A DNA stretch of 32,000 nucleotides from Nanobdella aerobiophila (lineage in GTDB: Archaea; Nanobdellota; Nanobdellia; Nanobdellales; Nanobdellaceae): the NCBI RefSeq assembly GCF_023169545.1, contig NZ_AP019769.1, forward strand, positions 150,001 to 182,000, written 5' to 3'. The notes under the pieces were generated by a model, which made no database searches, was not told the origin of the DNA, and saw only the letters and a program-made list of their open reading frames with translations. Numbering within the stretch: position 1 is the first letter of the stretch; the number at the start of each line of letters is the position of its first letter. Below are positions 17,347 through 25,399 of this stretch, piece by piece. Made by a program: the position numbers and the translations under genes.

Positions 17347-17608
17347 TGTGTAGTATAAAATACTAATATTATAATATCAATTAAAAAATAAAATATTAAA
17401 CCTATAGATAAAAAGATAAGTCCTATATATATTATAAAAATTGGTAATCCAGTAATAAACTCATTAAAACTATCAGTAATAATAATAAGACAAGTTTTGG
17501 TTCTTTGATCATAGCTATTATTTTATTTGTATTTATAAATTTTTACTGTCAAATAGGTAATTAATATTGATATACTTTCAAATTTTGCTAATAATCTCAA
17601 AATAAAGA

Positions 17609-17679
17609 TGGGACCGCGGGGACTCGAACCCCGATCCCTGGGACCCAAACCCAGTAGCCTACCGCTAGCCTACGGTCCC
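17609..17679 (-). tRNA. tRNA-Pro (anticodon TGG)
   Basis: The reverse complement folds by hand into a 71-nt cloverleaf. The acceptor stem is GGGACCG/CGGTCCC. The anticodon arm is CTGGG-TTTGGGT-CCCAG. The T arm is CGGGG-TTCGAGT-CCCCG. The discriminator is A and no CCA is encoded. Confidence 0.9.
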
Positions 17680-17704
17680 GATAATTAATAATGAATTTGT
17701 TGAA

Positions 17705-17713
17705 AATTTAAAA
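17705..17713. promoter_or_regulatory. near-palindromic TATA-like element between divergent tRNA-Pro and uL3
   Basis: AAATTTAAAA is centred about 27 nt from the uL3 ATG (17737) and about 31 nt from the tRNA-Pro 5' end (17679). Confidence 0.35.
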
Positions 17714-17736
17714 GGATTTTTAAAACATAATAATGA

Positions 17737-18711
17737 ATGCCACAGCATGGTCATCATAGACCCAGAAGAGTATCAATGCAATTTTGGCCAAGAGTAAGAA
17801 GTAGTAGAATATATCCTAGAATAAAAACATGGCCTCAAGTTGAGCAAACATCAATATTGGCTTTTGCTGGTTATAAGGTTGGAATGACTCATATTTTAAC
17901 TAATGATAATGCCTTTATGCCAGTTACTGTACTAGAGGTTCCAGCATTAAGAGTTTTTGGTATGAGATTATATAAAAAAGATATAAATAAGGGCTATAAT
18001 GTATTAACTGATTTGATCGGTGATTTTGATGATAACCTAAAGAAAAAAATAAAGACAATAAGGAGTAACAATAATATAGAAGAAAATATAAAAAGGGTAG
18101 AAGAAAAAATAAATGAAATATCTTTAATAAAACTGTTAGTGTATACTCAACCATGGTTAACAACTATAAAAAAGAAAAAACCAGAACTATTTGAGATTCC
18201 TATTGGTGGAAATAATATAAAAGAAATATTTAATTATGGAAAGAATTTATTGGGAAAAGAAATAAATATAGATAATGTATTCAAAGAAGGCGAATATGTA
18301 GATACAATTGGTGTTACTAAGGGTAAAGGTTTTACAGGGGAAGTTAAGAGATTTGGAACAAAAATACAGCCAAGGGAGTATAAGGTATCTAAATCTGCAA
18401 GACAGACTCATGCAAGGGGTGCAAGAGGAATGAGAAGGATATTTCCAACTACGCCAATGCCAGGACAATATGGTTTCTTTAGAAGAACTGAATATAATAA
18501 ATTAATATTAAAAATATCGGATAATATTAATGAAATAAATCCAAAATCTGGATGGCCACATTATGGTATAATTAAAAATAAATATATATTAATAAAGGGA
18601 TCTGTACAAGGTCCATCTAAAAGATTGATAATATTAAGAAAAGCGATAAGAGAAAAGAAAATTAAAGAAAAAATTGGTATAGGCTATATATCATTAATGC
18701 CAAAGAACTAA
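17737..18711 (+). CDS. rpl3: 50S ribosomal protein uL3
   Basis: 324 aa. It has 'HHRPRRVSMQFWPRVR', 'FAGYKVGMTHI' and 'VTKGKGFTGEVKRFG', the archaeal L3 signatures. Confidence 0.9.
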   Translation: MPQHGHHRPRRVSMQFWPRVRSSRIYPRIKTWPQVEQTSILAFAGYKVGMTHILTNDNAFMPVTVLEVPALRVFGMRLYKKDINKGYNVLTDLIGDFDDNLKKKIKTIRSNNNIEENIKRVEEKINEISLIKLLVYTQPWLTTIKKKKPELFEIPIGGNNIKEIFNYGKNLLGKEINIDNVFKEGEYVDTIGVTKGKGFTGEVKRFGTKIQPREYKVSKSARQTHARGARGMRRIFPTTPMPGQYGFFRRTEYNKLILKISDNINEINPKSGWPHYGIIKNKYILIKGSVQGPSKRLIILRKAIREKKIKEKIGIGYISLMPKN

Positions 18712-18737
18712 TAAATATATTTATGTAAAAGATAAAG

Positions 18738-19034
18738 ATGGAAGTTAAAATATACAGAGTTACTGGAAGGATAAATAAAGTAAAAATTGTACATGCCTCA
18801 AAGAGAAAAGAAGGTGTTATCACAAAAAGAAAGATTATATATAATTTTAGTAAGGAGGTTTTAGGATTAAATGAGAAAGAAGTTAAAGAGAGGATATTAT
18901 CTTTATTCGGAAGTGTGTATAAAGTAAAAAGAAATAATATATCTATTCAAGAAATTAAGGAAATAAAGAATGAGGATGTAACAGATCAAAAGTTAAGAAA
19001 ATTCTTAGAAATGTTAAAAAATGGACAATTATGA
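18738..19034 (+). CDS. rplX: 50S ribosomal protein LX (eL20 / L18Ae family)
   Basis: 98 aa. 'MEVKIYRVTGRI...' and 'ERILSLFGSVYKVKRNNISIQEIKEI' match the LX pattern. It sits next to pfdA, as in the conserved archaeal cluster. Confidence 0.7.
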   Translation: MEVKIYRVTGRINKVKIVHASKRKEGVITKRKIIYNFSKEVLGLNEKEVKERILSLFGSVYKVKRNNISIQEIKEIKNEDVTDQKLRKFLEMLKNGQL

Positions 19035-19362
19035 TGAAATATTAGATCAATTGTATCAAGAAAAAGAATTATTGGAAAAGAAGATTGTAGAATATTCATT
19101 AATGAAACAATATGTAAAAGACTTAAAAAAGGAAGATAATGCGTATATAAATGTAGGTGGTTATATATTTGCTAAGGGATCTATAGCTGATCAAGATAAT
19201 TTATTGATAAATGTAGGAAGGGGGATATTTATAGAAAAAAGCAGAGATGATGTGCTTAAAATCATAGATGAGGTAGTGAATAAATTAACACAGGAATTAG
19301 ATAACTTGAATAAAAATATATTGGTCATTTTGAATCGAAAAAAGTCTCCTCAACCTTTATAA
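19021..19362 (+). CDS. pfdA: prefoldin alpha subunit
   Basis: 113 aa. N- and C-terminal coiled-coil segments flank the beta-hairpin core 'AYINVGGYIFAKGSIADQDNLLINVGRGIFIEKSRDDV'. It overlaps LX by 14 nt. Confidence 0.7.
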   Translation: MDNYDEILDQLYQEKELLEKKIVEYSLMKQYVKDLKKEDNAYINVGGYIFAKGSIADQDNLLINVGRGIFIEKSRDDVLKIIDEVVNKLTQELDNLNKNILVILNRKKSPQPL

Positions 19363-19969
19363 TCTCGTGACCTGTGCTATTTTTTCCTACGATAATATAT
19401 CTACTATTAATTTCTATTCCATATCTCATATATGGGCTTCCAAAATTTATAGATCCAATCTCGATACTATATTTTGTTATTTCTGATATCTTTTCTAATA
19501 TATTATCAGTTAATTCTTGAGATATAAGTAGTTTGTTATTATATAACTTTGAGATACTACCAATTAAATATTTTATCTTTATCCTTTGAGAAGGCAGAGA
19601 CAGTTTTTCTGATAATTTCTTAGCATCATATTCTTTTCCTGAAGAGTATAATATACCATTCTTTCCAACTAAAAATAAGTTTCCTATAGTGTTTTCTATA
19701 GTATCAACTTCAATTATATCAAATTTTGATTTTAGTATTTCTTTTAGCTCTCCAGGAGAACTCTTGCTAATTATAATATTGCCATTATATTCTATAAAAT
19801 AAGGAGTTATTATTGGTGAATTTATATAATACTTGTATATATCTAGATTTAATTTTTCTATACTATTTTTATATAAATTGCTAGCTATCAGAAAATCTTC
19901 AAATAGGTGCATTATTAATCCAATAGAGCCAATTTCTATATTTTCAGCTTTTTTTATTATCATTATCAA
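19325..19969 (-). CDS. eif6: translation initiation factor 6 (aIF6)
   Basis: 214 aa, about the usual length. It has a repeated pentein-like pattern including 'IGSIGLIMHLFEDFLIASN', 'TIGNLFLVGKNGILYSS' and 'IEIGSINFGSPYMRYGIEINSRYIIVG'. Confidence 0.75.
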   Translation of the reverse strand: MIMIIKKAENIEIGSIGLIMHLFEDFLIASNLYKNSIEKLNLDIYKYYINSPIITPYFIEYNGNIIISKSSPGELKEILKSKFDIIEVDTIENTIGNLFLVGKNGILYSSGKEYDAKKLSEKLSLPSQRIKIKYLIGSISKLYNNKLLISQELTDNILEKISEITKYSIEIGSINFGSPYMRYGIEINSRYIIVGKNSTGHEIIKVEETFFDSK

Positions 19970-20039
19970 TATTGATTATCAATATAGTTATAAAGATTCA
20001 AATTTAAAATTTATATTTTTAGGAGTATTTAAAGAAGAT

Positions 20040-20774
20040 ATGAATATATTTTCTAGTATATTTAAGAAGAAATCGGAAAAAGGACCTGAGACAATTAAAA
20101 CACCAGAAGTCCCTGCACAAAATCAAATGTCTTATAATTCTGAGATTAAGAATATATCTAGTTCTATTGAAGGACTAGCTAAATCTGTTAGAGAGTTAGA
20201 AAATACAGTTTCTGATACTATAAATAAGATATCTGATATAAGTTCTAAAGTCGAGTCAAATCAAAGTGAGATAAGTTCTATAAAAAATAATATGGAGAAA
20301 GTATTTTCTATTTATGAGATATTAGTTAAGAATTATAATCCATTTATACAAGATGAAGAGAGAGAAGAAAAACAGATAGAACCTGTAAATACATCTCAAG
20401 ATAGTGTAAAAATTGATAGTAATGATCTGCCACTAGATAAAATATCTGATAATCCAACTGTCGCATCTATATTAATTGGTTGGCTTTCATATTTAATAAA
20501 AAAATCAAATGATGAAGAAGTAGATAAAGCCTTAGATTATTATGAAGAAATAAACTGGATAACTGAAAAAGTAAAGATAAAATTGAAGGAATATTTAAAT
20601 GGTTTGATAGATATAGAGGGTGAAAATAAAAAACTAACACCTATGGACCATATAGTAAGTCTATATATAATATCCAAATTATCAAAATTAAAGTCTGAAA
20701 GCAATATAGAAAGATTAAAGGATTTATATGGAGAGCTAATAGAGAAAGGATATATATCTCCAATTAAGAGATGA
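20040..20774 (+). CDS. flaD: archaellum accessory protein, FlaD/E (ArlD/E) family
   Basis: The start was moved to the ATG at 20040, because the longer ORF overlaps aIF6 in antisense. A coiled-coil region is followed by 'DLPLDKISDNPTVASILIGWLSYLIKKSNDEEVDKALDYYEEINWITEKVKIKLKEYLNG', which matches the FlaD/E domain. Confidence 0.7.
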   Translation: MNIFSSIFKKKSEKGPETIKTPEVPAQNQMSYNSEIKNISSSIEGLAKSVRELENTVSDTINKISDISSKVESNQSEISSIKNNMEKVFSIYEILVKNYNPFIQDEEREEKQIEPVNTSQDSVKIDSNDLPLDKISDNPTVASILIGWLSYLIKKSNDEEVDKALDYYEEINWITEKVKIKLKEYLNGLIDIEGENKKLTPMDHIVSLYIISKLSKLKSESNIERLKDLYGELIEKGYISPIKR

Positions 20775-21160
20775 TAAAAGAAGTATTATACTTAAGTATA
20801 CTATTCTTAGTAGGTTATTTTGTATTATCATATTTCTTTAATTTTTATAATATATCTGGTAAATTTATAGCAAATCAATTTCTAAATCAGACGAATAATA
20901 TTAATTATCAATCTCCGGTTAGTTATGTTATATATGATTATAATATTAATAATCAGAGTTTATTATATCTAGTTCAAAGCGGTATGGATGGTTGTATAAA
21001 AAATGTTTATGTGGGTAATCAAGAGGTGAATTTTAGTTATAATCTTTCTAATTCTTATACATATCAGTTATATGTAGATTATCCAGTAGATGTAGGAGAT
21101 AATATTACTATAACTTTTTGTAATGGCCAATCAAATTTATATACAATATCAAATGGTTAA
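20771..21160 (+). CDS. FlaF/FlaG-like (ArlF/G) small archaellum protein
   Basis: 129 aa. An N-terminal TM helix is followed by a beta-rich domain. It lies between FlaD/E and FlaH and has an ATGA overlap with the upstream gene. The assignment rests mainly on context. Confidence 0.5.
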   Translation: MIKEVLYLSILFLVGYFVLSYFFNFYNISGKFIANQFLNQTNNINYQSPVSYVIYDYNINNQSLLYLVQSGMDGCIKNVYVGNQEVNFSYNLSNSYTYQLYVDYPVDVGDNITITFCNGQSNLYTISNG

Positions 21161-21857
21161 TTATATAGATATATATCTTGATAGAGATGAGTTTGCAGAT
21201 AGGCTGGGAGGTTCAATTCCTAAAGGTAGTATATTTATTATAGAGGGTGAAGATGGGGCTGGAAAGAGCATAATATCTCAAAGACTATCTTATGGGTCGT
21301 TATTAAACAAAAATAAAGTTACTTATATATCTTCGGAATTATCCGTTGTCGATTTTGTTAAACAAATGGATTCATTGGGTTATGATATAAAGGATTATTT
21401 ATTAAGTCAAGATTTATTGTTTATATCTACCTTATATATGTTCGGAAAAATAAAAGAGAAGGAGAATTTAATATTTGAATTAACAAAGGAAAAATCTAGA
21501 AAAATATTTGATAGTGATCTAATTATATTGGATTCTTTATCCTATCCATTAATAAATGGTTTAGATAAGATGGGATCTGTAAGATTACTCGAATTTTTAA
21601 ATAAGGTAAAAAATATGGAAAAAACAATAATTATTACTTATAGTCCTAATGATATAAATGAATTTTTTGTTAAGAATATTAGAAGGATAGCAGATATTTA
21701 TTTTGATTTAAAATTTAGTTCAATAGATGAGGGTTCTGGATTGAAAATGGTAAATATAAGAAGATTTAGATATGCAAGGGGTGTATATAATAATGTTATA
21801 CCATTCAGAGTGGAGCCAAATATAGGCCTAATAGTGGAGATATCATCTTATGTATAA
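21123..21857 (+). CDS. flaH: archaellum protein FlaH (ArlH), RecA/KaiC-like ATPase
   Basis: It has 'LGGSIPKGSIFIIEGEDGAGKS' (Walker A) and 'LIILDSLS' (Walker B). An alternative start at 21153 (MVNYIDIY) would cut the overlap with the upstream gene to 8 nt. Confidence 0.8.
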   Translation: MANQIYIQYQMVNYIDIYLDRDEFADRLGGSIPKGSIFIIEGEDGAGKSIISQRLSYGSLLNKNKVTYISSELSVVDFVKQMDSLGYDIKDYLLSQDLLFISTLYMFGKIKEKENLIFELTKEKSRKIFDSDLIILDSLSYPLINGLDKMGSVRLLEFLNKVKNMEKTIIITYSPNDINEFFVKNIRRIADIYFDLKFSSIDEGSGLKMVNIRRFRYARGVYNNVIPFRVEPNIGLIVEISSYV

Positions 21858-23536
21858 TGCCAGAGTCTCAACAATTACAGGATAATAAAGAATATGTAAT
21901 AAAAGGAAATAGAAAAGATATAGTAAGCTATGGTATAACAACAAACTTTGATGAAGCAATATCAAAATTTCCACACCTAAGAGATTATATAAATAATGTA
22001 TCTGTAAAATTTGGATTACCAGAATGGATGACCTCATTAGACTTTTCATTAAAAGGAAGAGAAGAATTTAATATACTATATCCTGTTGGAGATCCGATAT
22101 TTATTCATATATATAAATTATCTTCTGGTGATACTTATTATAATGTGATTGAACCGGAGATGAATGAGGAAGAATCAAAAAAATTAGAAAAAATCCAAAC
22201 AAAAATTGTAAAATATTCTATAGAAAGTGTAAATGAGAATAATGTTGATGAAATAAAGAAGGTGATTATTAATATATTTAATAGCATTATAACTGTTGGG
22301 AAAAGACAGCTATTTTCAGATAAAATATATATAAAAGATCAAAATGAATATCAAAAATTATTATACTTTCTAATAAGGGAAAGATTTGGATACGGATTTC
22401 TAGAACCATTTTTAAGAGATCCATACTTGGAAGATGTACATATACTGGGAATAGGGCCAATTTATGTGGTCCATAAAATATTTGGAATGTTAAAGACAAA
22501 TAAAGTATTCAGAGATGATAAATCATTGAATAGATATATATTAAGGTATTCTGAAATAGTCGATAGACCCGCTTCTGAAACAAGGCCCATAGTAGATGCT
22601 ATATTACCAGATGGTTCAAGAGTTAATTTTATATATGGGAAGGATATATCCTTACAAGGTTCATCATTTACTATAAGAAAATTTAGTGCTAAACCATTAA
22701 GTATAACACAATTAATATCTTTTGGTACAATATCTCCAGAAGAAGCCGCATATCTGTGGTTAACGATAGAAAATGGGATGAATATTGTTATTTCTGGTGA
22801 AACTGCATCCGGAAAAACTACATTATTAAATGCATTAACAACCTTTATTAAGCCAGATGCAAAGGTATACTCTGTAGAAGATACCCCGGAATTAAATATA
22901 CCTCATCCAATATGGCAAAGACTAGTAACAAGGGAAGTAGGGAAGAGTGCAGATATATCTATGTTTGATCTATTAAAAGCTGCATTAAGATCTAGACCAA
23001 ATTATATACTAATTGGTGAGATTAGAGGAAAAGAGGGTTCAGTAGCATTTCAGGCTATGCAGACAGGACACCCTGTGATTACGACATTTCACTCTGGTAA
23101 TATAGGATCATTAATCGAGAGGCTTACTGGCGACCCAATAAATATACCAATTACTTTTATAGATAATCTAAATATTGCAGTATTTACATCTTCTGTGACA
23201 ATAAAAGGTAAATCAGAGAGAAGGATAACAAGTATATATGAAATTGAGAGATATGTCGCGGAACTAAAAAAAGTATCTGTCAGAAGGGTATTTGGATGGG
23301 AATCTACAAGAGATAGGCATACATTTTCTGGAAAATATAATAGTTATATATTAGAGAAAAAAGTAGCACCATTAATGAAAATAGAGGATAAGAGGAAAAT
23401 TTATGAAATTATAGATTATAGAAAAAGAATTTTAGAAAAAATGACAAAGGAAGAAATATTTGACTTCTTTGAAGTTTGGGAAATATTGAAAGGGTTCTAT
23501 ATAAATGGTAGATCTGCTCTCCCATTTACTATATAA
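21857..23536 (+). CDS. flaI: archaellum assembly and motor ATPase FlaI (ArlI)
   Basis: 559 aa. It has 'SGETASGKTTLLNAL' (Walker A), 'ILIGEIRGKEG' and 'TGHPVITTFHSGN' (His box). Its start overlaps the flaH stop (TAATG). Confidence 0.9.
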   Translation: MPESQQLQDNKEYVIKGNRKDIVSYGITTNFDEAISKFPHLRDYINNVSVKFGLPEWMTSLDFSLKGREEFNILYPVGDPIFIHIYKLSSGDTYYNVIEPEMNEEESKKLEKIQTKIVKYSIESVNENNVDEIKKVIINIFNSIITVGKRQLFSDKIYIKDQNEYQKLLYFLIRERFGYGFLEPFLRDPYLEDVHILGIGPIYVVHKIFGMLKTNKVFRDDKSLNRYILRYSEIVDRPASETRPIVDAILPDGSRVNFIYGKDISLQGSSFTIRKFSAKPLSITQLISFGTISPEEAAYLWLTIENGMNIVISGETASGKTTLLNALTTFIKPDAKVYSVEDTPELNIPHPIWQRLVTREVGKSADISMFDLLKAALRSRPNYILIGEIRGKEGSVAFQAMQTGHPVITTFHSGNIGSLIERLTGDPINIPITFIDNLNIAVFTSSVTIKGKSERRITSIYEIERYVAELKKVSVRRVFGWESTRDRHTFSGKYNSYILEKKVAPLMKIEDKRKIYEIIDYRKRILEKMTKEEIFDFFEVWEILKGFYINGRSALPFTI

Positions 23537-23616
23537 TTTTTAAATATTTAAAAGAAATATTAAAATATGAAACATAGTCGGTATTGGAAAGGCAAATATT
23601 TTTAATTTAATATATT

Positions 23617-24891
23617 ATGATGGATGAAGATTTAGTAAAAGTATTTTTATGGAAAAAACCTTCTATAGAAGTGTTAGGGGATGAAAAAGTTAATAAAATA
23701 GGCAATTTTAAGCATTATATAGGTTTTGAAATATCAGGATATGTACATATAGGTACAGGAATAGTCTCCGGATATAAAATAATAGATTCTAGCAGGATAG
23801 GAGAAGCAACTGTATTTTTAGCAGACTGGCATTCAATGATAAATAATAAATTAGGAGGTGATATTGAAGTAATTAGAAGGGTTGCAGAAGGATATTTTTC
23901 AGAAGCTATGAAACAAAGTATTAAATCTCTAGGTGGAGACCCGGATAGAGTAAAATTTGTATTAGCTTCTGATATATATGATAATGATTATTGGAGCGAA
24001 GTTATAAAAATTGGAAAAAACACAACATTAAATAGGACACTAAGAGCAATAACTATTATGGGTAGATTAGCAAATGATGCAGTACCATCGGCGTATTTAA
24101 TATATCCATTAATGCAAGCAGCAGATATAATATTTCAAAAGATAAATATAGCACATGCAGGATTAGATCAGAGAAAGGCACATGTTATTGCATTGGAATA
24201 TGCGGATAAAATAGATTATCCTTTAATCGCTATGCATCAACAATTAATAACAAACTTACAGTTATCCATAGAAACTTTCCAGAAATTGAAACAAGGAAAT
24301 AAGAGAGAAGCAAAACAAGAATTATCTGAATTAAAGATGTCTAAATCAATAGTTGGTTCTGCAATATTTGTACATGAATCTAGTGATGAAATAAAAGAGA
24401 AAATAAATAAAGCATTCTGTCCTATGAAAGAATTAGAATTTAATCCAATATGGGAGATGATAGAGTACTTAATATTTAGAAATCAGGAAAATTATGGATT
24501 ATTAAAATTATTATTAGAAAGAGGATATAAAATTGAAGAAATAGCAGGAAAACTGGATTATGATACCTATGATAAATTAAAAGATGAGAACAGACTTAAT
24601 TGGGAGAGAATATACGAGTATGCGAATAAAGAATCCAATGAACTATATAAAAGTACATTTGAAGATATAGAATTTGAAATTATAAATGGAAAAACAGGAG
24701 AAAGAAAAGTATATAATAGATTATGGGAACTAAGAAAAGACTGGATAGATGGAAAAATACATCCTTTAGATCTAAAGAAGGCGGTAGGGGATTGGTTGGC
24801 AAGTAAATTAGAACCTATACATAAATACTTTACGGAAGGACCTGGTAGAAGATATAAAGAAGAATTAGATAGTGTTAAGATTACAAGGTAG
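23617..24891 (+). CDS. tyrS: tyrosyl-tRNA synthetase (class Ic; TrpRS not fully excluded)
   Basis: It has 'GYVHIGTG' (HIGH), 'LADWHSMIN', 'YPLMQAADI', 'GLDQRKAH', 'KMSKS', 'AFCP' and 'IHPLDLKKAV'. The last two favour archaeal TyrRS. Confidence 0.7.
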   Translation: MMDEDLVKVFLWKKPSIEVLGDEKVNKIGNFKHYIGFEISGYVHIGTGIVSGYKIIDSSRIGEATVFLADWHSMINNKLGGDIEVIRRVAEGYFSEAMKQSIKSLGGDPDRVKFVLASDIYDNDYWSEVIKIGKNTTLNRTLRAITIMGRLANDAVPSAYLIYPLMQAADIIFQKINIAHAGLDQRKAHVIALEYADKIDYPLIAMHQQLITNLQLSIETFQKLKQGNKREAKQELSELKMSKSIVGSAIFVHESSDEIKEKINKAFCPMKELEFNPIWEMIEYLIFRNQENYGLLKLLLERGYKIEEIAGKLDYDTYDKLKDENRLNWERIYEYANKESNELYKSTFEDIEFEIINGKTGERKVYNRLWELRKDWIDGKIHPLDLKKAVGDWLASKLEPIHKYFTEGPGRRYKEELDSVKITR

Positions 24892-24925
24892 TACTTTTTA
24901 TAAATATTTTTTCTAATGTTTATTA

Positions 24926-25258
24926 ATGAAGATAGATAATATGGTTGACAATTTAATTATGTACTTAAATTTGTATAGACTTCATTCAAAGAAAATATTT
25001 AATAAGATGAATAATCAAGATATGAAGGCTCTATTACTTATATCATATAAAGAGGATGATATATTAAATAATATAAAAGAAATAATAAATAATAGAGAAA
25101 TATTTAAAGAATATTTGAATGAAAATAATTATAGGAAAGCATATATGGTATATAGAAATATAAAAGACAAATATGATATCACGGAAAAAATCCTCATAGA
25201 TAGAATAGAGGAGATTATAAAAATAAGGGCTCTAGATATTATGAAGTCAACTCATTAG
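24926..25258 (+). CDS. hypothetical protein
   Basis: 110-aa ORF, lysine- and asparagine-rich and predicted helical by eye. No motif was recognised. Confidence 0.45.
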   Translation: MKIDNMVDNLIMYLNLYRLHSKKIFNKMNNQDMKALLLISYKEDDILNNIKEIINNREIFKEYLNENNYRKAYMVYRNIKDKYDITEKILIDRIEEIIKIRALDIMKSTH

Positions 25259-25399
25259 ATATATAATTTAATTATAATTATATAAAAATTATAGAAAAAA
25301 GGAGTATTGTATGAATCCTAAAAAACGATAAAAAACTTAGATAGTAGAAATAGTATATAGAATTTACAAAGCCTTAGACAGAAGGTTATGAATAAAACT

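Noticed and set aside
19833-20039. N-terminal 69-codon extension of the FlaD/E ORF given in the ORF track.
   Set aside because: The extension overlaps the 5' part of aIF6 in antisense and translates to low-complexity hydrophobic sequence. The ATG at 20040 (MNIFSSIFKKK) gives a normal FlaD/E-like protein with a proper intergenic gap.
25259-25399. A small ORF or ncRNA in the gap upstream of the phosphorylase pseudogene (ATGAATCCTAAAAAACGATAA, a 6-codon ORF).
   Set aside because: It is too short to support. No box motifs or stable hairpins are present. It is most simply the 3' flank of two convergent genes.
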